Positions 29,277 to 39,532 of a DNA stretch of 46,871 bases are shown here, in pieces. The notes below the pieces were generated by a model. That model was given only the letters and a program-made list of their open reading frames with translations, was not told the DNA's origin and ran no database searches. How positions within the stretch are numbered: position 1 is the first letter of the stretch; every line of letters starts with the position of its first letter. The stretch lies in assembly GCA_038279365.1 (NCBI GenBank), contig JAYODI010000041.1, positions 1 to 46,871 on the forward strand. Reading direction: 5' to 3'. A program made the position numbers and the translations under genes. The stretch comes from Candidatus Latescibacterota bacterium (GTDB lineage: Bacteria; Latescibacterota; UBA2968).

Positions 29277-29342
29277 TGGGATGTCTGCAATGAACGTATT
29301 TTGTTGGTTTGTTGTGTGATTGGCGATATAAAAGGGATATCT

Positions 29343-32300
29343 ATGAAGTGGATATGGACATTGTTATTGGTGACGGTTGGGGCAACAAGTGTTTTTGCTC
29401 AGACGAATATTGATCGTCGTCAAACGGCATCGGCCAATGGATTTATCGATATTCAAGTGCCCAACGGATCTGTGCAGGTGGTGGGTTCGCCCAATTTGGA
29501 AGTGCATGTGCAAGGGCAAGTATTTGGTGGGACCATCCAGTTGTTGGGCAGTGATGAACTTACCACCTTACGTTTGCCTCAAGGACGTGCCCATCTCACC
29601 GTTTATGTACCCTTTAACAGCCGTGTGGAAATGCGAGGCGATTCGTTGGGTGTGACCGTGTCTGAAATGAAGGGGATTTTGCGTTTGCGCACGGTGCAAG
29701 GTTCGGTGCAGGTAAGTGATGAGCCCCGTGAAATTCAAGTGGATACACAAACCGGGCAGGTCGATTTGACGGTTTTAGGATCTCGGATAAACGTATCGTC
29801 TACACAAGGTGATGTGGTGTTGCGGCTCAAGCAAGCCGATGTCAATGTGTCTACCGTAAGTGGCAATGTGCAAGTAGATGGTGAGTTGGTGAATGGGCAG
29901 TTTCAGTCAGTGTCGGGCGATTTGTCGGTGATTGCAACTGCTTCGCGGGTGAATGTCTCTTCAAGCAGTGGTTCTGTGGCACTCACACTCAAGGGGGGCG
30001 AAGCCGATGTGTCTACCATGAGTGGTCATATTTTGGCTCAAGGTGATCGGTTTGTTCGGGGGATGTTTGAGTCCTATACGGGTCAAATTCAGTTTGAAAG
30101 TGGGCCTGAGAAAAACGGGCGTCTTCAGTTTAAAGCGCACGACGGCACGGTCGATTTGAATGTTCCAGGTACGAGCAATGACGTGGTGGTGTCTACACAA
30201 ACGGGGGCGATTCATGTGCGAGGTGAAGATTTTGATCGGGGGTGGATTGAGTCGCGATCTGGGCGTGTGACATTTGAAGGCAATGTGAGTACTTCAGGGG
30301 CCTTGGATGTGCAAACAGATGGTTCTGTGGAATTGCTTTTGCCCGAAACGGTAGATGCCAGTTTTCGCATTGCAACAGAGGGTGGCACCATACAAAATGC
30401 ATTTGGAATCTCACCCGATCAGGGCGCATTGGATTTTAAAACCGGAAAAGGCCAAGCTTGGATCAATGTGAAAAGCAGAGGCGATGTGTGGGTGCGTAAG
30501 CGTATTGTAGAACAACCCGAAAAACCGCGTAGTGAAGCCGATATTTTGTTTGATCAAGCGTTGGCATTGGGTGATGATGTGTCGGTTGATGATCGGTTGG
30601 ATGCCTTTCGTAAGGTATTGCGTACAGACAGAACGTATGCCCCTGCCCATCATGCATTGGCCAAATTGTATATGATAAAAAACACGCCCACACACCGTCA
30701 GTGGGCACAGCGTGCCTTGCGAGAGGCGATGCGCTTAGACCCTGATCATGTGACCTACAATGTAACCATGGGCGATTTGATGTGGGCGCAAGGGTTTTGG
30801 TTTAATGCCGAGCAACAATATGAAAAGGTGTTGAAAATTGAGCCCCAAAATGCCCATGCGGCCTATAAAATTGGTCAACATAAATTAATCAATGCACTCA
30901 AATACAGCGATATGTCGTATTTGGATCAGACCAATAGTGGCGGCGATTCCCATTGGGGAGAGTGGAAAAAATGGAGTGAAAAAGATCGGGTGAGTGCCAA
31001 AGCTTATTTAAAGCAAAGCATTGCATCTGATCCTACGTATCGCGATGCCTATTATCATTTGGGGTTGCTGTATTTAGAAAGTGGACGACCCGATAGTTTT
31101 TTGGTGGTTTCTCAACAATTGCTCAAACAAGTACCCCAAGACAAAGATGCTTTATTGTTTGGGGGGTTGGGGGCCCAACGGTTAGGTAAAATGGATGTGG
31201 CTTTCGATTTTTATTCACGTGCTTTGGCGCAAATGTCACACGCTGAGCGCCAAATGATGGAATCGGTTGATCTGATCGCAACCGATGAAGAGCGCGCAGA
31301 TATTGCGCGTAACAAAGACGGTTTAGATCGGTTTTGGCGGGCAAAAGATCCATTGTTTTTAACCGAATACAGCGAGCAACGATTAGAGCATTATGGCCGC
31401 ATTGCTTATGCCAATTTGCGTTTTAGTCGCCCAGAGCGCCAAGTGGCGGGGTGGCAAACCGATATGGGCAAGGCTTACATCAAGTATGGCCATTTTTTAG
31501 CGCGCAATACCAAACGTGGCGATTATGCGTTTGACGCATCTGTGGATCAAATTGTGGCCAATGGCATCGACAGATCAATGGCTCCTCTTACCTTTGGTGC
31601 CCCCAGTGTAACACAACATAATTTTGCCAACCAACAGATCGAAACGTGGTTTTACGAAGATTTTCAATTGGCGTTTCAGGTGTCTGATGGGGTAACGGGT
31701 GATCGCATAAGCAAGGAGCCTTTGTTGGCTCGTTTTAGTGACCCTTACCAAGGGGTGAAATATCGTATGCCATTTCAGGCATCTGCCTTTCGCGAGCAAG
31801 ACAGTGTGCGTATAGAACTGGCATATACATTGCCCAAATATAAGTTGGGTCAAGATGCTATGGGCCAGGTCGAATTGCAAGATGGCGTGTTTGTTTTTGA
31901 TGAGGCTTGGCTAGCCACTTACCAAGATGTATCAACTGCTCGTATGATGTTGCCACCATCACAAGATTCAACGGTCTCTGCTTCTGACAGTTTGCGGCAA
32001 AATAATTTGTTGTCTATGCGTCAAATTCGAGTGCCTGCTGGTGTGTATCATGTGGTGGCCGAATCAAGGGATCCTGCGTCGGGTGCCATTGGCACTTTTC
32101 GTTTGTTGCGCAAATTTGGTTTTTCGGATACTTCATTGGCTGCAAGTGATTTGATGCTGGCCAGCCAGGTTGCTTCAGAAACGCCATTTCCCGAAGTTCG
32201 CAATGATTTAAACATTGTGCCGCAGCCCAATCGCACATTTTCTCAATCTGAACCGGTGTTTGTGTATTTGGAAATGTATAATTTGACGCGCAATAACTTT

Positions 32301-32828
32301 GGAAAAACCGATTATGCCATTGCCTATCGGGTCGGATCCCCCGATGAAAAAGAGATTGATCCGGCTTTGTTTATGCCTGTAGATTATGAAAAAGGCTATG
32401 TGACGTTTGACGTGGAAGACGAAAATAAATCACGGGCATCATTTACAGATCAAAGCTTTGAAAATAATTTGCAAACCTTTCAGGACGACCAGGATAAATC
32501 GCAGGTTGTTGAGGGCAACAAAGCACAAAATGAAGCATGGAACAATCAGATGTTTCAGCGGGGTTCCGAGGCGAACAAATATAGGGTTAAGTATGTGTTG
32601 CCCAAAAGTCGGTTTTCGGAGTCTTTACAAACAGTTGCCCGACAAGGCGTGCAGATGGAGACGGTGGTCACTGCCGAATACGAAGGGCAACGGCGCGATG
32701 ATTTAACGTATTTGCAGGTTGATGTTTCCCAAGTGCCCACGGGGGTACATAAATTGAGTGTGCAAATTCAAGATCGCAACAGCGGTCATATCATTCATCG
32801 GTCGGTGTTGTTTCGCGTGATTGAGTAA
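29343..32828 (+). CDS. Secreted fusion protein: DUF4097-type beta-strand repeat domain + TPR + GWxTD (paralogue 3)
   Basis: Signal peptide MKWIWTLL...VFA; ~370 aa of xxSTxxGxV beta repeats; TPRs; FWRAKDP...GWQTDMGKAYIKYG; C-terminus closely similar to paralogue 2. Confidence 0.87.
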   Translation: MKWIWTLLLVTVGATSVFAQTNIDRRQTASANGFIDIQVPNGSVQVVGSPNLEVHVQGQVFGGTIQLLGSDELTTLRLPQGRAHLTVYVPFNSRVEMRGDSLGVTVSEMKGILRLRTVQGSVQVSDEPREIQVDTQTGQVDLTVLGSRINVSSTQGDVVLRLKQADVNVSTVSGNVQVDGELVNGQFQSVSGDLSVIATASRVNVSSSSGSVALTLKGGEADVSTMSGHILAQGDRFVRGMFESYTGQIQFESGPEKNGRLQFKAHDGTVDLNVPGTSNDVVVSTQTGAIHVRGEDFDRGWIESRSGRVTFEGNVSTSGALDVQTDGSVELLLPETVDASFRIATEGGTIQNAFGISPDQGALDFKTGKGQAWINVKSRGDVWVRKRIVEQPEKPRSEADILFDQALALGDDVSVDDRLDAFRKVLRTDRTYAPAHHALAKLYMIKNTPTHRQWAQRALREAMRLDPDHVTYNVTMGDLMWAQGFWFNAEQQYEKVLKIEPQNAHAAYKIGQHKLINALKYSDMSYLDQTNSGGDSHWGEWKKWSEKDRVSAKAYLKQSIASDPTYRDAYYHLGLLYLESGRPDSFLVVSQQLLKQVPQDKDALLFGGLGAQRLGKMDVAFDFYSRALAQMSHAERQMMESVDLIATDEERADIARNKDGLDRFWRAKDPLFLTEYSEQRLEHYGRIAYANLRFSRPERQVAGWQTDMGKAYIKYGHFLARNTKRGDYAFDASVDQIVANGIDRSMAPLTFGAPSVTQHNFANQQIETWFYEDFQLAFQVSDGVTGDRISKEPLLARFSDPYQGVKYRMPFQASAFREQDSVRIELAYTLPKYKLGQDAMGQVELQDGVFVFDEAWLATYQDVSTARMMLPPSQDSTVSASDSLRQNNLLSMRQIRVPAGVYHVVAESRDPASGAIGTFRLLRKFGFSDTSLAASDLMLASQVASETPFPEVRNDLNIVPQPNRTFSQSEPVFVYLEMYNLTRNNFGKTDYAIAYRVGSPDEKEIDPALFMPVDYEKGYVTFDVEDENKSRASFTDQSFENNLQTFQDDQDKSQVVEGNKAQNEAWNNQMFQRGSEANKYRVKYVLPKSRFSESLQTVARQGVQMETVVTAEYEGQRRDDLTYLQVDVSQVPTGVHKLSVQIQDRNSGHIIHRSVLFRVIE

Positions 32829-32852
32829 TCACAACGATGCCATAGGAGGTGC

Positions 32853-33803
32853 GTGATGGTTCGATTTGGTGTGATTTTTATTTTCACTATTACCTTATCT
32901 GTAAATGCTTTTGCTGATTCTGGTGGTGAAAGAAAAGTGCGTGCGTGGGGCGAGGGGCAATGGGCTGTGGTGGATATCAAAACCGTTACGGGCACAGTTA
33001 TGATTTTAAGCCCAGTGATTGGGCGAGAGATTGATTTTGAAGAACGCAACCACTTTGCTGTGTTTGGGGGCGAAACAAAATACAACCGAAATCAAAATAT
33101 ATCGGTGCTTAAGACACCTGTAAGTGGGTTTCAGTCGGCGGTCTTTTTAAAGCTGTCAGAGAGTGTCTATGGTGTGCAAGTGACCTATCGAGACGAGGTG
33201 GGGCAACACCATCGGTTGTTGCCCATTAAGGACAATGGTGAGTTGATGAATATGCGCCGTTATTTTGAAACATTTGCGGGTGTTTCTGAAACCGATGATG
33301 CCTATCCTCAAGAGACAGATGAATCCGTTTCATTTGAGACGGTGCAGCCCCAATTTCAGTCACGTGAGCGTTTAAGCGGGCAGTTGGTTTTGGTGGGGGG
33401 CGAGAAGGTGAGAGGGGAGTTGTTGCCCATTATTGAGGCTCGGCAGATGCTTATTGATACAGAGAATGGGTTTCGTCGTATTGATGTAGATGCCATTCAA
33501 CAAGTGGGCATTGGTGGGCGTGGTGGAAAAGGTATTTTCCAAAAGACTTTACAGAGCAGCATTTATTGGGGGCTTATGGGTGGGTTTACAGGGTTGATGT
33601 CGGGCACTTTTTATGAAGGTGCTTCGGCAAAAGAACAGATGTTATATGGTGCCATTGTTGGCGCAACTGTGGGTGGCGTATTTGGTTTGATTGACGGTTT
33701 GCTATCAATTCAACCCAGCAAAACGTTTCATTTGGGGAGTTTGGATCGTTCGTCTAAGCGCAGTTTGGAAATTTCTCCCACGCAGATTCGGTTGCGGTTT
33801 TAA
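32853..33803 (+). CDS. Hypothetical exported protein with a Gly-rich hydrophobic hairpin near the C-terminus
   Basis: AGGAGG RBS, signal peptide, glycine-zipper-like GLMGGFTGLMSG / GAIVGATVGGVFG, terminal F. Confidence 0.7.
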   Translation: MMVRFGVIFIFTITLSVNAFADSGGERKVRAWGEGQWAVVDIKTVTGTVMILSPVIGREIDFEERNHFAVFGGETKYNRNQNISVLKTPVSGFQSAVFLKLSESVYGVQVTYRDEVGQHHRLLPIKDNGELMNMRRYFETFAGVSETDDAYPQETDESVSFETVQPQFQSRERLSGQLVLVGGEKVRGELLPIIEARQMLIDTENGFRRIDVDAIQQVGIGGRGGKGIFQKTLQSSIYWGLMGGFTGLMSGTFYEGASAKEQMLYGAIVGATVGGVFGLIDGLLSIQPSKTFHLGSLDRSSKRSLEISPTQIRLRF

Positions 33804-33916
33804 GGGAAAAGGTTTGTCATCGGTAGCGGTGTAATGGTGGGGTGAAAACGGATATCGTGATCGAAATATGCAGAGGGAGGGACTTTCTAAAAATGATTCT
33901 GTGAGCACCAGTCCCA

Positions 33917-34798
33917 TCATTCAATATCATGCCGCCGCACATCCCCCGGCACCAACATCCGAAAATCACCATCCAAAATATCCCTATTACATAAATGTGT
34001 TTTCACATCAATTGCAATCAGATCATCTCCCTGATGAATCTCAATATGTTTGGGAAGTACAAAACCCCCTGTTTGGTAATATTCAGACAACAGCCGTTTA
34101 GAAATCAGTTTGCCCTCAAGGTCAAAAATATAATCTTCAAGCAAGGTTGCCGAGCGACGGTCTATCACAAGCTTGCGTTTCCAATGTGTATAATTCAGTT
34201 CAAGAATCACTTGATTTGCCCCAGGCAAAAACTGAGTCACTTTGGTCAAGTCAAGTGGCGACACATTGGGTAAACCCAACACCGCATGGTTGAGGTTGTA
34301 ATACGCCAAATTAACCCCCGTGAGTGCACGAAGCACCTTTTCGGGTTGTCCCACAAGATGGTTGTTATCTCGTGGCAGATATACCTCAAGCTTATTCTGA
34401 TTGGCAACCGCCGTCATAATAGACACGCCAAAACTACCAATGTCGATACGCAACTGATCGGGTGCACGATATAAAAAACCCGCTCCGGCGCGGTTTTCCC
34501 GAATGCCATCCAACTTAAGTGTGATCTGTGCACGGGTTTGCAAACTGCGCAAACTGTCATACCGTGCGTCCATAATATGCAAGAGTTCTGCAGCAGTGGT
34601 ATAAGGCACTGAGGTTGGCACATTGCCCGTGGTTGCACACCCCACCAACATCAGACAGAATATTGCCATACAAAAGCCCCCAAATCGCCCAATGAAAGGT
34701 GATGTGGAGGCTTTTTCTTTGATATATGATTTTAGATCTGCAAGCTGCAAGCTGCAACCTGTGACTTGCAACATATAACCCGTGACCGACCAACCCAT
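33917..34798 (-). CDS. LolB/LolA-fold lipoprotein (DUF4292-like)
   Basis: Lipobox LVGC, beta-rich with PDQLRIDI and LPKHIEIHQ; TAATG coupling to the upstream TPR gene; alternative start at 34669. Confidence 0.7.
   Translation of the reverse strand: MGWSVTGYMLQVTGCSLQLADLKSYIKEKASTSPFIGRFGGFCMAIFCLMLVGCATTGNVPTSVPYTTAAELLHIMDARYDSLRSLQTRAQITLKLDGIRENRAGAGFLYRAPDQLRIDIGSFGVSIMTAVANQNKLEVYLPRDNNHLVGQPEKVLRALTGVNLAYYNLNHAVLGLPNVSPLDLTKVTQFLPGANQVILELNYTHWKRKLVIDRRSATLLEDYIFDLEGKLISKRLLSEYYQTGGFVLPKHIEIHQGDDLIAIDVKTHLCNRDILDGDFRMLVPGDVRRHDIE
34738..34786. repeat. Degenerate heptamer tandem repeat
   Basis: CTGCAAG-CTGCAAG-CTGCAAC-CTGTGAC-TTGCAAC-ATATAAC-CCGTGAC. Confidence 0.65.
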
Positions 34799-36714
34799 TA
34801 TTGAGCATCCGAAGTATTGGGGGCGTCGATAATTTTTTTCAGCTTGTTGCGGAGGGTTTCTTTTTCAGGGGCAAACTTGAGTGCCCGTTCATAATGGGTG
34901 CGTGCTCGCCTCAGGTCGCCAATGGCTTGGGCGGCATCACCGGCATGTTCGTGAATCACTTGCAAATTTTCATACAGGGCTGCCATTTGGCGTTCATTGT
35001 CGGGGTTGGCTTGTTTGAGCACTTCTTCTTCAACCGTTACAGCTTTCATCAGCCATTCCATGGCTTCGCGATATTTGCCCATTTGATAATAGACCCACCC
35101 AAGGCTGTCGAGATAGGCCCCATTTTGAGGGTCGGCTTTGACAGCTTTTTGGATGTATCGAATGGCTTCATTGAGGCGATCACCTCGTTCTGCCAGCATA
35201 TATCCCAAATAATTGTTGGCACCTGCATGATCTGGAAAGAGTGAAAGCAAGCGCAAAAAGGCTTTTTCTGCCTGGTCTATTTGGCCGGCGCGTTCGTAAC
35301 TATGGCCCAAATCAAACAAAACGTCAGGTCGGTTTTCCATTTTGTCTTTTAAGGGTTCTAAGAGGGCAATGGATTCTTGCCATTTTTGGTCACGCAAATA
35401 CGTGCGGGCCAGAGCATAACGATATTCAGGTTGATCTGGGAGTGCTTTTGCGGCTTGTTTATAAATTTCTCTGGCGCGTGAAACATCATCGCGAAACAGA
35501 TAAATCTGTGCCAAGTCGGTAACTATTTGTGGATAAAACTCAGAGGTCGCAGGCGCAAGTGCCAGCAATTCCTCTAACAAGTGTTGTGCGCCATCCCAAT
35601 TTTGTTCGGCAATATGTGTGCGCGCAATGCCCAACCAATATTTGGCATTTTCATTTTCGGTGTTGGCCAAGTTAAAATATTTTCGGGCTTCTGCAGGGCG
35701 TTCGGTTTCTAAGAGCAATTGGGCCTTGTTTGCCAAATAGTCTTCGCGGGTGGGTTCATTGACCAATAAGCGATCTAAAATGGTTTCAACACGGTGATAA
35801 AATTCTATTTTGTCATTGCGCGTAACACCTGGGTCGTGAGCCATGTCGAGAAAAACTTGCCCCATCGTTTCTGCAAATGGGGTATCAAATGGTGTTTCAG
35901 ACAACATGGCATTGAGTTGATGCTCCCAACGATAAATACGCACCAACTGCCCCCAAATACGTGCATTGGTACGGGTGATTTTGTTGTTGTCTTGTGCAAC
36001 GGCTGAACGATACGTTTGGATAGCCGCTGTGGTGTCTTGGCGTTCGAATTGGAGGTCACCCAAACTGAGGTTGGCCTCAATGTTGCCGGGTTCTTCGGCC
36101 ACAACACTTTGATAAATGGCCTCTGCACGTTTGGGGGCGTTAAATTGGGCGTAGTTTTTAGCGGCAATCATGCGTTGTGCATTGTCCAATTGTGGCAAAG
36201 CCGCAATGCGGTCCAGTGTTTGAATAACCTGTGGGGTTTGCCCACGCGCACTATAAATTTGCAACATTTGATCGTAGGCCTGAAGCGGGTTTGTGTCTTT
36301 TATCTGGACTATTTTTTGAAGCTGTTGCAAGGCCAAAGTGGTGTCTTTTTGCCCTTTCATGAGGCCATGATAGAGATACCAATAGTTTTGTACATTGTGC
36401 GGATCAATTTGGATGGCCCGTTGTGCGGGGTCAACGACGTCTAAAAATTGTTGGCGAGCTGTGAGATTACGTGCCAATGCACCATAAAGGGTGGCGGAAG
36501 TGGAGTCGTGTTGAATGGCAAATCGCAATGCATGAATGGCTTGATCTCTGTCGCCTTTCATTTCGGCCAATTTGGCAGCCACAAATGCATTGACCGCCTG
36601 AGGCGGCAACTGTGGGGCGGGTTTTTCAATGGGGCGCAGACCAATTTGGGGTTGTTGTGTTGCACACCCTGCTAAAAATAAAAGTATAAGCGTATACCGT
36701 TTTAAAATGGGCAT
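34798..36714 (-). CDS. Tetratricopeptide-repeat lipoprotein
   Basis: Lipobox LAGC; many TPRs; ANNYLGYMLAERG...AYLDSLGWVYYQMG, typical of the TPR gene preceding lolB-like genes. Confidence 0.9.
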   Translation of the reverse strand: MPILKRYTLILLFLAGCATQQPQIGLRPIEKPAPQLPPQAVNAFVAAKLAEMKGDRDQAIHALRFAIQHDSTSATLYGALARNLTARQQFLDVVDPAQRAIQIDPHNVQNYWYLYHGLMKGQKDTTLALQQLQKIVQIKDTNPLQAYDQMLQIYSARGQTPQVIQTLDRIAALPQLDNAQRMIAAKNYAQFNAPKRAEAIYQSVVAEEPGNIEANLSLGDLQFERQDTTAAIQTYRSAVAQDNNKITRTNARIWGQLVRIYRWEHQLNAMLSETPFDTPFAETMGQVFLDMAHDPGVTRNDKIEFYHRVETILDRLLVNEPTREDYLANKAQLLLETERPAEARKYFNLANTENENAKYWLGIARTHIAEQNWDGAQHLLEELLALAPATSEFYPQIVTDLAQIYLFRDDVSRAREIYKQAAKALPDQPEYRYALARTYLRDQKWQESIALLEPLKDKMENRPDVLFDLGHSYERAGQIDQAEKAFLRLLSLFPDHAGANNYLGYMLAERGDRLNEAIRYIQKAVKADPQNGAYLDSLGWVYYQMGKYREAMEWLMKAVTVEEEVLKQANPDNERQMAALYENLQVIHEHAGDAAQAIGDLRRARTHYERALKFAPEKETLRNKLKKIIDAPNTSDAQ

Positions 36715-36718
36715 GTAT

Positions 36719-37978
36719 TTATCCTTTGGGTGGACGCACTTTGTTTTGTGGTTTTTCCATTCGCCAGATTAATTCACTGCGTCCAAAGTCGGTTTCTTGC
36801 GATTGCACAATAAGTTTAAGGAATTTGGTCTTTTCGTCAACAATAGGATTGCCTTGAAAGTCTCGTCCTGGAAAATAGAGTTGCAACAGTTTTTCATTGC
36901 CAACATAAGTCATGCGTGATGGGGCTTCGAGGTAAAAACGTTCTTTTTCTCCGGGGATGGGGCTAAAATATTGACCAAATACGTCGGTCACTTCAATTTC
37001 ACGTCCCGGCACAGAAACTTCTACGGCCTCGAGTGGATAAAATGCACGGGCTTCGACTTGGCGCGGTTCATATCCCACACCGTCGGCATCTTCGAGAAAG
37101 ATGATCCAACGGTTGAGGTCGAGGTATTTTTCATTAAAGGGTGTGTTGAGTTTGAGGCGCACTTGAATCATGTTTTCCATTTGATTTTGGACAACATATT
37201 CATCCCAAGTGGTCACATCAACACTGTCGGGTGCGTAGTTGGTTTTAAGCAGGTCAAATTCTGCTTTGCCCAAATCGGGCACCAACAATGTAGCAGAAAT
37301 GAGCAGGGGCGATTTGACAATGCGTGCGCGTTCTGCTTGTGGCAATACGCGGGTTTGTAAGTCTGGAGAAGATGCAATATCGGGTGCATGTTGCAGGTCA
37401 TCAATGGGCCGAAGAGTAGGTATAAACCCACGCGCCGTCCAAGTTTCTAACAATTGGGCATATGTCCACGTATTATTGGGTGTGGGTTGGCTGGGCAAGG
37501 TGATGCGATAGGCATGTTTTTCGCGCAAAAAATCTTTTATAACGGGTGAGTTAATGACATGATGATATGGGTGTTTGGCAATGGGATAATCGAGAATGTT
37601 GTCGTTGCCTTTGAGTAGCTTGTCCAGGTTTTTGTTTTGTTTTTCGTTAAATTGCGCCAACTCTTTGAGTGACGCAATGGTGGCATCAACACTGTCAAGG
37701 GTTGCTTTTCGCATGGTGCGCAATGTCTTAATACGTGGGATATGGCCTTGCCAAAGGGTGGCCTCGCATAGTTTTTTTGCACGAGTGATTTGATATCCAG
37801 CTATGATCGCTGTGAGTTTGGGGATATGGGTGGCTATGGTTTCTTGCTGTGTTGGTGTGGCTTTGAGGTGTTTGCTGAGTTTTTGCACATCAAACAAATC
37901 ATCCAAGTCGGCAGCACTTAATGGGGCCGACAACAGTAGGAACAGCGCACAAAACACTATGTTTTTAATCAAACCCAT
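36719..37978 (-). CDS. Hypothetical secreted protein
   Basis: 419 aa ORF with signal peptide, 4 bp from the next gene; no family recognised. Confidence 0.75.
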   Translation of the reverse strand: MGLIKNIVFCALFLLLSAPLSAADLDDLFDVQKLSKHLKATPTQQETIATHIPKLTAIIAGYQITRAKKLCEATLWQGHIPRIKTLRTMRKATLDSVDATIASLKELAQFNEKQNKNLDKLLKGNDNILDYPIAKHPYHHVINSPVIKDFLREKHAYRITLPSQPTPNNTWTYAQLLETWTARGFIPTLRPIDDLQHAPDIASSPDLQTRVLPQAERARIVKSPLLISATLLVPDLGKAEFDLLKTNYAPDSVDVTTWDEYVVQNQMENMIQVRLKLNTPFNEKYLDLNRWIIFLEDADGVGYEPRQVEARAFYPLEAVEVSVPGREIEVTDVFGQYFSPIPGEKERFYLEAPSRMTYVGNEKLLQLYFPGRDFQGNPIVDEKTKFLKLIVQSQETDFGRSELIWRMEKPQNKVRPPKG

Positions 37979-38137
37979 ACCACCGCTCCAGAAAATAAAA
38001 TGTATGACGCGTGTCTTAAGTATGTCTTTTTACCATTATGTTGTCAACGTTTGAATAGACAAAAGGTTCTGTTTGGGAAACGGCATCAACATGTTGGTAA
38101 ATGTTCAAGAACAGATCTTGAAGCTATGGTTCGTGAT

Positions 38138-39532
38138 TTATTTCTCTAAGATCAGCTTACTGACCGTATCCCCCACGGGAATGGGGTATTCATGGCTAAA
38201 ACAAGCGGTGCAATATTGGCGCCCAGCATTGGGGGCAACTTTAATCATCCCATTCAAAGAGAGATATCCCAAACTGTCTACGCCTAAGTGCTCACGAATT
38301 TCTTCAACAGATTTTTCACCCGCAATGAGTTCTTTGGAGGTTTGAAAGTCGATGCCATAAAAACACGGCGCAACAATGGGAGGGCATGAAATGCGCACAT
38401 GAACTTGGTGGGCACCCGCTTCGCGAATCATGCGCACCAAGTGGCGCAAGGTGGTGCCACGCACAATGGAATCTTCAACAACAACCACACGTTTGCCATT
38501 GAGTACACCACGAACGGGGTTAAATTTGAGCCGTACTTTTGCCCCGCGATTGTCTTGCCCTGGGGTAATAAATGTGCGGCCCACATAGTGGTTTCTGATC
38601 AGGCCAATTTCGTGTTTGATGCCAGCTTCTTCGGCATATCCCATGGCGGCGGTGTTGCTGGAGTCTGGCACGGCAATGACAATGTCGGCTTCGGCTGGGT
38701 GTTCGATGGCCAACTGCCGACCCAGGTTGCGACGGGTTTTGTCTACGTTGTCGCCAAAAATGAGGCTGTCGGGGCGAGAAAAGTAAATGTATTCAAAAAT
38801 GCAAAAGGCTTTTTTTTCAACTTCGGCAAATGTAAAGGTGCGCAAGCCATTTTCGTCGATGACTACGAGTTCGCCCGGTTCAATGTCGCGAATATACCGT
38901 GCAGAAATGATGTCTAAGGCACACGATTCGGATGCCACAACCCAGGCGTCGCCCAATTGCCCCAAGCACAAGGGGCGAAAGCCGTGGGGATCACGTGCTG
39001 CTAAGAGTTTGTTTTCGGTTGCAAAGACGAGTGAATACGCGCCTTCAATTTGTTTGAGGGCATCCGATACACGATTGGCTATTTGGGGTTCGGGTGAGCG
39101 GGCAATGAGGTGTAAAATGAGTTCGCTGTCTGTGGTGGTTTGAAAAATGGCACCGGTTTCTTGCATGTTTTTTCGCAAGACGGAGGTATTGGTCAAATTG
39201 CCGTTGTGTGCCACGGCAATATAACCATCTCGACATTCGGCCACAAAGGGCTGGGCATTAACAATGTTGTCTGATCCTGTTGTGGAATAGCGGTTGTGCC
39301 CAATGGCCAAATTGCCCGTTAAACGTATTATATCTTCGGGGTTTCCAAATACGTCTGAAACCTGTCCCATGCCTTTGTGGGTATAAATATGTGCCCCGTC
39401 CCCGCTTGTGATGCCACAACTTTCTTCACCGCGGTGCTGTAAGGCATGCAAACCCAATACGGTATGGGCAGCGGCTTCTGGGGTGCCATAGATGCCAAAG
39501 ATACCACAATAATGTTTAACGTGTTGCTCCAT
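38138..39532 (-). CDS. purF: Amidophosphoribosyltransferase (propeptide, Fe-S type)
   Basis: Propeptide then CGIFG, LQHRG, GHNRYST, CIFEYIYFSRPDS, VVVEDSIVRGTT, CFYGIDF, CTAC; CAGGAG RBS before ATG 39532. Confidence 0.97.
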   Translation of the reverse strand: MEQHVKHYCGIFGIYGTPEAAAHTVLGLHALQHRGEESCGITSGDGAHIYTHKGMGQVSDVFGNPEDIIRLTGNLAIGHNRYSTTGSDNIVNAQPFVAECRDGYIAVAHNGNLTNTSVLRKNMQETGAIFQTTTDSELILHLIARSPEPQIANRVSDALKQIEGAYSLVFATENKLLAARDPHGFRPLCLGQLGDAWVVASESCALDIISARYIRDIEPGELVVIDENGLRTFTFAEVEKKAFCIFEYIYFSRPDSLIFGDNVDKTRRNLGRQLAIEHPAEADIVIAVPDSSNTAAMGYAEEAGIKHEIGLIRNHYVGRTFITPGQDNRGAKVRLKFNPVRGVLNGKRVVVVEDSIVRGTTLRHLVRMIREAGAHQVHVRISCPPIVAPCFYGIDFQTSKELIAGEKSVEEIREHLGVDSLGYLSLNGMIKVAPNAGRQYCTACFSHEYPIPVGDTVSKLILEK

